DNA of 39,307 nt from Patescibacteria group bacterium (GTDB taxonomy: Bacteria > Patescibacteriota > Minisyncoccia > HO2-45-28): assembly GCA_038063435.1 (NCBI GenBank), contig JBBTVC010000060.1, positions 1 to 39,307 of the forward strand, in the 5' to 3' direction. Below the pieces are notes generated by a model that was not told where the DNA came from, did no database searches, and saw only the letters and a list, made by a program, of their open reading frames with translations. Below, piece after piece: positions 33,024-39,307 of this stretch. Numbering within the stretch: position 1 is the stretch's first letter; each line of letters starts with the position of its first letter. The translations under genes and the position numbers were made by a program.

Positions 33024-34061
33024 TTATTCCTCGGCGTTCGGTTTGTCAATGGCCAGCGTTTCAAGGCCCGGAGAATGCCCGGTGATTTTTAACACATCTT
33101 TATCAATTTTGCCCAATTCTTTTGACGAAGTATTGTAGGCGTTAACGGTTGTCGCCAGATGCGCGCCGAGTTTTTTCATGAATTGCTCGTAATTTCCAAG
33201 ATGCCGTCCGAGTTCCTCCACCCCCTTTCGTATCTCTTTTGCCGACTCTTCAATTTGAAGCGCGCGCAGACCCTGTAAAACAGTCTGTAAAAATGCCAGA
33301 AAAGAAGTCGGCGAAACAATTATAACTTTGCGGTCTTTGAACGCGTACTCAATTAAATCCCGCGTGTTCATCTTTACTCCGCCGACCTGCGCTATAAGCA
33401 AGTCATAATATATTGCTTCGTGCGGAATAAACATAAAAGCGAAATCCATCGTGTTTTCCTCCGGTTTTACGTATTTTGAAGTCTCGTCTATGCGGTTTTT
33501 GAGGTCGGCTCTGAAGGCCTTTTCCAGCCGTTCGCGCTCGGCCGGGTCTTTTTCTTCAACCAGGCGATTATAATTTTCAAGAGAAAACTTTGAGTCTATC
33601 GGTATGATTTTGTCGCGAACAAACACCGCGGCATCCACTATCGTGCCGTCTTTAAAAGCGTACTGCATCTGGAAACTGCCTGGCGGCAAGACATTTTTTA
33701 AAACCGTTTCAAGATAATATTCGCCGAGCACCCCGCGTTGTTTCGGATTTTTAAGTATGTCTTGGAGCGACTGCAATTGGTCGGCAAAGCCGACGACTTG
33801 CCGGTTGGTTTCATCAAGTTTGGTTAGCCGTTCGGTGACGTCTTTGATTATTTGAAAACTGTTGCCGACATGCTGCTGGATTGCCTTGGTTGATTCGCTT
33901 AGTTTTGTATCAACGGTCTGTGAAAGCGCGTTTATCTGGTTTTGAAGCATTAAAAGCGAATTATCCGGCTTTTCCCTGCGCCTGAAAATGTATAGAAAAA
34001 ACGCTCCGATGACGGCCCCGGCGATTAAGGCGATTAGAATAGTTAAAAAAGTTTGGGCCAT
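33024..34061 (-). CDS. rmuC: DNA recombination protein RmuC
   Basis: N-terminal TM and coiled coil, then the RmuC nuclease-like core GVLGEYYLETVL...IVDAAVF...IPIDSKFSLENY. Confidence 0.8.
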   Translation of the reverse strand: MAQTFLTILIALIAGAVIGAFFLYIFRRREKPDNSLLMLQNQINALSQTVDTKLSESTKAIQQHVGNSFQIIKDVTERLTKLDETNRQVVGFADQLQSLQDILKNPKQRGVLGEYYLETVLKNVLPPGSFQMQYAFKDGTIVDAAVFVRDKIIPIDSKFSLENYNRLVEEKDPAERERLEKAFRADLKNRIDETSKYVKPEENTMDFAFMFIPHEAIYYDLLIAQVGGVKMNTRDLIEYAFKDRKVIIVSPTSFLAFLQTVLQGLRALQIEESAKEIRKGVEELGRHLGNYEQFMKKLGAHLATTVNAYNTSSKELGKIDKDVLKITGHSPGLETLAIDKPNAEE

Positions 34062-34065
34062 TTAA

Positions 34066-35034
34066 TTATTTTAACCCATTTTTAAACCAAAACTCCAGCA
34101 GCAAAAAAGCGAAATAAACCGCAAAAAGCAAAACGCCCTCGCGTTTTGAAATGAAAGTACGGCTGTAAACAAAAATATTAAAAAGTATGAAAGCGACAAT
34201 AAAAGCGCCGGCAACGAAGAAAAACTGGTTTAAGCCGTTTATAACTATCGGGCGTATCAGACTGACTATACCGACTATGAAAGCCGAGTTAAAGGCCACC
34301 GAACCAAGCGAATTGCCGACGGCCATTGAGCCGCGCTTGCTTAAAGCCGCGCGCACGCCAAAAGCGAGCTCCGGTAAAGTCGTGCCTAAAGAGATAAAAA
34401 TGGCGCCGAAAGAAAAAAGAGTAAAAGCCATAAAGTCGGCTATTTTGGCGCCGGACCAGACGAGGGCCGCGGAGCTGGCGAGTAGTATCGCGATTGCCGC
34501 AAAAAAAACGAGCAGGTCGCGCGCGGCACCAGTCAGGCCGGCAATGCCCAGAGGCCGATGGTCAACCGTTTTTGAAAAATATTCTTTTTCGCCCAAAATA
34601 TGCCAGATGTATATCGCAAAAGACGCCAGAAGAATTATGCCGTCGGCTCTTGAAATGACGCCATCCGCGCCCAAAAGAAGCGGAAAAAGTGAAAGTACGA
34701 AAATCAGCCAAAAATTTGAACGCGAAATTTTGCTTTCAAGCTCAATACCGCCGTGAATAAAGGACGCAGCACCTATTATTAAAGTGATGTTTAAAAGATT
34801 CGCGCCAAAAATATTACCCAAAGACAGGCTGGGCGAACCGCTGACGGCCGAACTGATGCCGACAAAAAGCTCAGCAATGGACGTGGCAAAGCTCATCAAT
34901 ATAAAAGCCACAAGATATTCGGAAATACCTAAAAGACGCGCGAGGCCGGTTAGAGATTTAACCAGCGCGGAACTAGAGCGCACTAAAAATAAAAACGAGG
35001 CTAGAAAAATCGCGATAAGCCACCAAAAACTCAT
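34066..35034 (-). CDS. Ca2+/cation antiporter (CaCA, YrbG-type)
   Basis: 10 TM segments with both alpha-repeat motifs: GNIFGANLLNITLIIG and GNSLGSVAFNSAFIVG. Confidence 0.8.
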   Translation of the reverse strand: MSFWWLIAIFLASFLFLVRSSSALVKSLTGLARLLGISEYLVAFILMSFATSIAELFVGISSAVSGSPSLSLGNIFGANLLNITLIIGAASFIHGGIELESKISRSNFWLIFVLSLFPLLLGADGVISRADGIILLASFAIYIWHILGEKEYFSKTVDHRPLGIAGLTGAARDLLVFFAAIAILLASSAALVWSGAKIADFMAFTLFSFGAIFISLGTTLPELAFGVRAALSKRGSMAVGNSLGSVAFNSAFIVGIVSLIRPIVINGLNQFFFVAGAFIVAFILFNIFVYSRTFISKREGVLLFAVYFAFLLLEFWFKNGLK

Positions 35035-37703
35035 AATTCAATATTATTTCTTTTTGCGTAACGCATAAAGAGCAATTTAGCCGTTTCTATGGCAATCAGG
35101 TTAAAAAGCCCAATTAGCGCCAGAATGCCCAAGTCAAAAGCGGTCAATCTGGAAACTTGCAGGAGGTTGGCGATCGGCTGAAAATAGAGCGCGCCCCCAA
35201 GAAGCAGAAGGCTTGAGGCAAAAGCAAAAATAAAATAGTTATTGTTGAAAAGATTGATTTGCCACAGAGATTTGCGCAGGCTTTTAAAAGAAAATGCGAA
35301 AAATACGGCATCAAGCGAAAGGCCGACAAACATTATGGTTCTAAGTTCTTCCAGCGGCAATCCGCGGTTATAAAGTAAAAAAAACAAAATAAGCAAAAAT
35401 AAAGAAGTTATAATTCCAACGCCAAGCATGATGTAAAGCATCTGCTTATTTAAAATCCGGCGCGAAGAGTTTGTTCTGGGGTTTCTTTTTAAAATGTCGT
35501 TTTCTTTAGGCTCAAAAGCAAAAGCGAAATTCATAAAACCCTCCTGAACTATATTCGCCCATAGAATTTGCGCCGGTAGTATCGGTAAGGGCATTCCGAG
35601 AATCAGCGCGCCCGAAATAAGAATAATTTCGCTAAAATTGACAGACAAAAGATAAGTAATGATTTTTCGCAAATTATCCAGAATGACCCTCCCCTCTTCT
35701 ATGGCGTGAAAAATCACGCTGAAATTGTCATCGGTCAAAACTATATCCGCGGATTCTCTGGCGACATCCGTTCCGGAGCCAAGCGCTATGCCTATATCGG
35801 CCTTGCGAAGCGCCGGCGCGTCGTTGACGCCGTCACCGGTCATTGCCGTCACTTCATTCAAGTATTGCCAAGCGCCCACAATAGCTGATTTTTGGTGGGG
35901 CAAAATTCTCGCAAAAATAGCAATATTAGGCACAAGAGCCGCGAGTTCTTTTTCGGTTTTGCCTTCAAGTTCGTAACCCTCCATTATTTTTATTTCCGAA
36001 TACTCGTCAACCAAACCGGCTGATCTGGCTACGGATTTCGCGGTTGAGGCGTGATCACCCGTAACCAAAATCACTTTTATGCCGGCTTCTTTCGCGCTTT
36101 TTATAGTTTGAACGACATCCGGTCTCAAGGGGTCGCTGAAACTGACGAGGCCCAAAAAAATAGTTTTTTCAAACATATGGTCTTTATGTCTGACGATTTC
36201 CGACCAGTTGTCGTGGCGTAAGGCAATCGCCAGCACTCTTTCGCCACGGCCCGCCGATTCAAAATAAATTGAGCTCATTTTTTCTTTAAGTTCCTCGGTG
36301 AAAGGTTTTACTCCGCCATTTTGCAGAGCTTCGTCTGACATTGCCATAATCACTTCCGGCGCGCCTGCAATATAAAGTTCGCTAGAACTTCCGGTTTGAT
36401 GCAAAGACGCGCTGTATTTTCTTTCAGCTTCAAAAGGCATAAAGTCAATTCTCGGTTCACTCGCCAAAAGTTTTTCGGGATTTAAGCCGGCTTGAATTCC
36501 GGCTAGTAGCATCGCGCGGTCTGTCGGTCCGCCCTGTATTTTCCATTCACTTTGCTCGGCTTCCGGATTTTCAATAAAAGCGGCCGAAGCGAATATAATT
36601 CCTTTCAATGTCTCATATACGCCGCCAGAAAGGTTCCAACCGGCTTTAGTGGCCGTGCTGGAGCAAGTCGTGATTTCCACCGCTTCCATTTTGCCCTGCG
36701 TTAGAGTTCCGGTTTTGTCGGTTAAAATAATACTTGCCGAGCCCAGAGTTTCAGCCGCGGTTAATTTACGCATAAGCCCCCCTTTTTGCATAACGCGGCG
36801 CATCCCAATGGCTAAAACCACGGTTACCGCGACCGGCAGGCCCTCGGGTATGACCGCGACCGAAATCGCGACAGCCATAAGAAACATCTCTTTGAAATCA
36901 TGTCCCCGGATAATTCCTAAAATAAATAAAACCGCTATGACCAAAGCCGCCGAAAGTCCAATCCAGGCCGCGATTTTTTTCACTCCTTTTTGAAAAGGCG
37001 TTTGAACCTCTTTTGTTTCTTTTACTAATCTGGCAATTTTTCCGAATTCGGTTTTTTCACCCGTAGCCGTCACAACTGCCTTTGTCCAGCCCTCGCTTAC
37101 GGTTGTGCCCATCCAAAGCATTGAGGTTCGCTCCGTTAAGGCCGATTTTTGCGCGATTGGTTCCGATTTTTTCGCGACCTCTGCCCATTCTCCGGTTAAA
37201 GCGGCCTCGTTTGTTTCAAGAGCCTTGGCCTCAATAATTCTTGCGTCAGCCGGCACGCGATCGCCTGCTTGAAGCAAAATTATGTCTCCGGGTACAATGC
37301 CGGCCGTGTCAATTTTGATTTTATGCCCGCGTCTTACGGCCGTAGTTTCTGTTTTCAGGGCGCTGCGCATTTTATCAAAGGCATGTGAAGCCCGGCCCTC
37401 CTGTAAAGCGCCTATAACCGTATTTATGCCGACAGCTATGAAAATAATTGTCGCGTCGCTGTAATCTTTTAAAAAAATAGAAACGAAGCCAGCTATAATT
37501 AGAATAAAAACAAGCGGACTTTTGATTTGGGCCAGCGCTATTTTATAGAGACGGAATGTCGGGCGTTTTTCAAAATCGTTAGGTCCGAATATTTGTAGAC
37601 GGTTTTTTATCTCCGCCTCCTGCAAGCCGTGCTCGGAATCGGTTTCTAAAGCCACAACGGCCTCTCTCGCGCTGATTGAGTGCCATAATTTATCCTGCAT
37701 CAC
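35031..37703 (-). CDS. P-type ATPase, type IIA (Ca2+-transporting) like
   Basis: Motifs TGEW (TGE), IPEGLPV in TM4, phosphorylation site DKTGTLT, TGDHASTA and TGDGVNDAPAL. ATGA overlap with the antiporter gene. Confidence 0.85.
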   Translation of the reverse strand: MMQDKLWHSISAREAVVALETDSEHGLQEAEIKNRLQIFGPNDFEKRPTFRLYKIALAQIKSPLVFILIIAGFVSIFLKDYSDATIIFIAVGINTVIGALQEGRASHAFDKMRSALKTETTAVRRGHKIKIDTAGIVPGDIILLQAGDRVPADARIIEAKALETNEAALTGEWAEVAKKSEPIAQKSALTERTSMLWMGTTVSEGWTKAVVTATGEKTEFGKIARLVKETKEVQTPFQKGVKKIAAWIGLSAALVIAVLFILGIIRGHDFKEMFLMAVAISVAVIPEGLPVAVTVVLAIGMRRVMQKGGLMRKLTAAETLGSASIILTDKTGTLTQGKMEAVEITTCSSTATKAGWNLSGGVYETLKGIIFASAAFIENPEAEQSEWKIQGGPTDRAMLLAGIQAGLNPEKLLASEPRIDFMPFEAERKYSASLHQTGSSSELYIAGAPEVIMAMSDEALQNGGVKPFTEELKEKMSSIYFESAGRGERVLAIALRHDNWSEIVRHKDHMFEKTIFLGLVSFSDPLRPDVVQTIKSAKEAGIKVILVTGDHASTAKSVARSAGLVDEYSEIKIMEGYELEGKTEKELAALVPNIAIFARILPHQKSAIVGAWQYLNEVTAMTGDGVNDAPALRKADIGIALGSGTDVARESADIVLTDDNFSVIFHAIEEGRVILDNLRKIITYLLSVNFSEIILISGALILGMPLPILPAQILWANIVQEGFMNFAFAFEPKENDILKRNPRTNSSRRILNKQMLYIMLGVGIITSLFLLILFFLLYNRGLPLEELRTIMFVGLSLDAVFFAFSFKSLRKSLWQINLFNNNYFIFAFASSLLLLGGALYFQPIANLLQVSRLTAFDLGILALIGLFNLIAIETAKLLFMRYAKRNNIEL

Positions 37704-37707
37704 CTAA

Positions 37708-38268
37708 TTATTTTAACAGGTTTCGCTCAATCCAAAAACGCCACGGTTTTTTGGCCCATTTTCCAGCGTATTCCACCCCGATTCTGGGCCCGTTTTGAAC
37801 TTTGAGACTTTTAAACTCTGAGACCCCGTGATTTTTAAACCTCGGATTATTTTCAAACCACAACTCTTTATTCCCAATCAAATCCCTGCCGTGAAATTTT
37901 TTATAAATATACAAGGTCTTACACACTCTCCCCGGCCCCTTAATTTCGCGGCCATCGGGCATTAAAACCCCTCTTATTAAAACCGCCGCAGGATATCCTT
38001 CTTTTTCGGTCACAACGTTAAAACAATAATGCATTCCATATATAAGATAGACATAGGCGTAGCCGGCTTCCCAAAAAAGGACTTCGCTCCGCTTAGTCCG
38101 TCCGCGTGACGCGTGGCAAGCCAGGTCGTTTTGGCCGACATAAGCTTCGGTTTCAGTTATAACGGCTTTAATTTTTTTGCCGCGCCACTCGCGCGCAATA
38201 AATTTGCCAAGCATATTTTTTGCCACCTCAACCGTAGGCTTTTGAAAAAAGGCGCGGCTGATCTTCAT
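37708..38268 (-). CDS. mpg: DNA-3-methyladenine glycosylase (Mpg/AAG family)
   Basis: FFQKPTVEVAKNMLGKFI, ITETEAYVGQNDLACHA and YLIYGMHYCFNVV are typical of the family. Confidence 0.85.
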   Translation of the reverse strand: MKISRAFFQKPTVEVAKNMLGKFIAREWRGKKIKAVITETEAYVGQNDLACHASRGRTKRSEVLFWEAGYAYVYLIYGMHYCFNVVTEKEGYPAAVLIRGVLMPDGREIKGPGRVCKTLYIYKKFHGRDLIGNKELWFENNPRFKNHGVSEFKSLKVQNGPRIGVEYAGKWAKKPWRFWIERNLLK

Positions 38269-38317
38269 AAGCTTATATATTACAGGTTTTATTCACCTTT
38301 TATCCAGTTGTGGATGT

Positions 38318-38345
38318 TTGACCCGCTTTTGGCATCTGGTAGAAT
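38318..38345 (+). promoter_or_regulatory. sigma70-like promoter upstream of the dnaB fragment
   Basis: TTGACC (38318-38323), 16-nt spacer, TAGAAT (38340-38345). The ATG at 38358 lies 12 nt downstream. Confidence 0.5.
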
Positions 38346-38357
38346 GGTTTTATTAAT

Positions 38358-38516
38358 ATGCCTGATATAGCTCGCATTCCACCTCAAAATTTAGAAGCTG
38401 AGATGTCAACGCTCGGCGCTTTAATGCTTGATGCTAATGCCGCGTTTAAAGTCGTTGATTATAGGTCTAGTCATCTGACTAGATATCCTAGGTCTGGTCG
38501 GAAGAATCAATACTGA
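38358..38516 (+). pseudogene. dnaB: 5' fragment of replicative helicase dnaB (35 authentic codons, then read-through into a repeat)
   Basis: MPDIARIPPQNLEAEMSTLGALMLDANAAFKVVDY matches the conserved DnaB N-terminus (R-x-PP-x-N-x-EAE-x-x-x-LG-x-x-x-LD). From 38463 the frame runs into the palindromic repeat (RSSHLTRYPRSGRKNQY) and stops at 38514-38516. Confidence 0.7.
38462..38499 (+). repeat. 38-bp nested-palindrome module, left copy
   Basis: TAGGTCTAGTCATCTGACTAGATATCCTAGGTCTGGTC. It contains the hairpin GTCTAGTCA-TC-TGACTAGA and overlaps the last 3 codons and the stop of the transposase gene. Confidence 0.9.
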
Positions 38517-39168
38517 TTTCTTGGTCTAATCTTTCTTTGGCACCGCTAATTTTAACAAAATTCAGGTAATCTCCTGGGTTGTCAAATTGGTTTCTTACAA
38601 TTTCTGGAATTAGTAATTTGCCCCAGCGGTTTTCTCCGACAAAATCCTGATAACTAGACCACGGATAAAGATCCTCTTTGTGTTTCCATCTGGAGAGTTC
38701 CGCAGGATTTTTATGAATATAAGCGGACAAGTGGAGCAACTGCTCGTTACTGCTTACGTGCACGGATTGAAAGGGGCCTTGAAATAAATAGCCAGACCGG
38801 CGGTATTTGGCATTAAAGTATTTTGTGTACGCGATTTCTATTCTTTGTAGGTATGAGGAAGTGCCGCCTTCTTCCAACTCTTTAACTATAAAGTGAAAAT
38901 GATTTGGCATTAAAGCAAAAGCTACTAATTCTACAACTCGGTCTTTTAAATTTTTTTTAACCGCTGCGCTTGATAAGTTCAACCCACCGGTTTTTAAAAG
39001 CGTCTGTGTATTGCGGCCAACATTATATAACGGTATTAGCGATTGCGTTGTCATTAAAACAAACAGCATCCGCGCGTAATCCGCCTTGTCTAAAAAGACG
39101 CTTTGTTTATTTACGCCGCGATTAAAAATATGATAATACTCGTCTGGCGCGATAATTGCTCTTGGCAT
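38488..39168 (-). CDS. HUH Y1 transposase of the RayT / IS200-like family (226 aa)
   Basis: YHIFNRG N-terminal block, HUH motif LMPNHFHFIV, YLFQGPF, catalytic-Tyr block YIHKNP, then YPWSSY. This is the typical layout of COG1943-type REP-associated or IS200-like transposases. Confidence 0.8.
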   Translation of the reverse strand: MPRAIIAPDEYYHIFNRGVNKQSVFLDKADYARMLFVLMTTQSLIPLYNVGRNTQTLLKTGGLNLSSAAVKKNLKDRVVELVAFALMPNHFHFIVKELEEGGTSSYLQRIEIAYTKYFNAKYRRSGYLFQGPFQSVHVSSNEQLLHLSAYIHKNPAELSRWKHKEDLYPWSSYQDFVGENRWGKLLIPEIVRNQFDNPGDYLNFVKISGAKERLDQEISIDSSDQT

Positions 39169-39182
39169 AATTATATTATAAT

Positions 39183-39233
39183 CGACCAGACCTCCTAGGT
39201 CTAGTCATCTGACTAGACATCCTAGGTCTGGTC
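39183..39233 (+). repeat. Right copy of the 38-bp module (39196-39233) plus an 11-bp inverted arm, forming a ~50-nt compound hairpin
   Basis: CGACCAGACCT (39183-39193) is the reverse complement of AGGTCTGGTCG at 38490-38500, and it also pairs with 39224-39233. The module copy differs from the left copy at one base (38484 T vs 39218 C). Confidence 0.9.
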
Positions 39234-39307
39234 AGTAGGAAATTGGTATCCGGGTTTCAACCGGTTATTGAATTGGCGTTGTTGTGCTTGTAGTTTCAGT
39301 CACGGTT

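Larger units (their letters stand above)
38462..39233 (-). mobile_element. RayT/IS200-like unit (transposase plus flanking palindromic modules), ~772 bp
   Basis: A single Y1-transposase ORF with subterminal hairpins at both ends and no target-site duplication at the flanks (GTTGATTA | ... | AGTAGGAA). The size is in the IS200 range. Confidence 0.6.

Noticed and set aside
38462-39233. CRISPR array or intein as explanations for the repeats interrupting dnaB.
   Set aside because: There are only two repeat copies, separated by ~700 bp that encode a transposase on the opposite strand, so this is not a repeat-spacer array. The insert has in-frame stops and no Cys/Ser junction or intein blocks in the dnaB frame, so protein splicing is excluded.
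39265-39306. Possible 3' end of a minus-strand gene at the window edge (...TVTETTSTTTPIQ, stop at 39265-39267).
   Set aside because: Only 13 codons are visible, which is too short to support a call. It is mentioned only because it argues that dnaB does not resume after the element.
1-39307. Alternative genetic code (UGA recoding, as in some CPR lineages).
   Set aside because: TGA cleanly terminates several well-defined genes at the expected protein ends (murF 2972-2974, nusB-Nudix 6862-6864, rnc 7551-7553, rpsP 12047-12049). No conserved gene needs read-through of an in-frame TGA.
1-39307. Diversity-generating retroelement, retron or toxin-antitoxin pairs.
   Set aside because: There is no reverse-transcriptase-like ORF and no template/variable repeat pair that I could see. 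No small two-gene cassettes with typical TA sizes are present. All small ORFs are accounted for as ribosomal or membrane proteins.

Overview
39.3-kb, roughly 90% coding stretch of a compact bacterial chromosome that uses the standard code (TGA, TAA and TAG all terminate genes). I call 37 CDSs, one tRNA-Glu(CUC), one dnaB 5' fragment and one small Y1-transposase element. There is no rRNA and no CRISPR array. Most genes are housekeeping. Cell-wall and shape genes are a class B PBP, murF, mreB, mreC, an mreD-like gene, murD, ftsW, murG and an M23 peptidase. RNA, translation and chromosome genes are rnhB, rpmF, nusB-Nudix, rnc, smc, ftsH, rpsP, rseP, proS, gltX and rplU. A minus-strand block carries mpg, a P-type Ca-ATPase, a CaCA antiporter and rmuC. 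The gene style points to a reduced-genome CPR/Patescibacteria-like organism, though this is inference only: many 1-4-nt gene overlaps, little Shine-Dalgarno usage, and domain-minimised or fused core proteins. Main items for follow-up: (1) a RayT/IS200-type HUH transposase bracketed by a 38-bp nested-palindrome module, sitting right after codon 35 of a dnaB gene that keeps a good promoter. (2) A translationally coupled operon at 25.9-29.1 kb: a small acidic protein, a membrane-anchored VirD4/TraD-like ATPase and GtrA. It has no other T4SS genes and is flanked by a Cas4/AddB-type Fe-S nuclease and two GT-C glycosyltransferases. (3) A recurrent TATAAT-N6/7-ATG geometry that suggests leaderless transcripts. 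(4) Unusual core-protein architectures: a NusB-Nudix fusion coupled to rnc, a 724-aa SMC without a hinge, and a ProRS whose editing domain is replaced by a 4-Cys knuckle. All functional calls come from motif recognition by eye. No database search was run.
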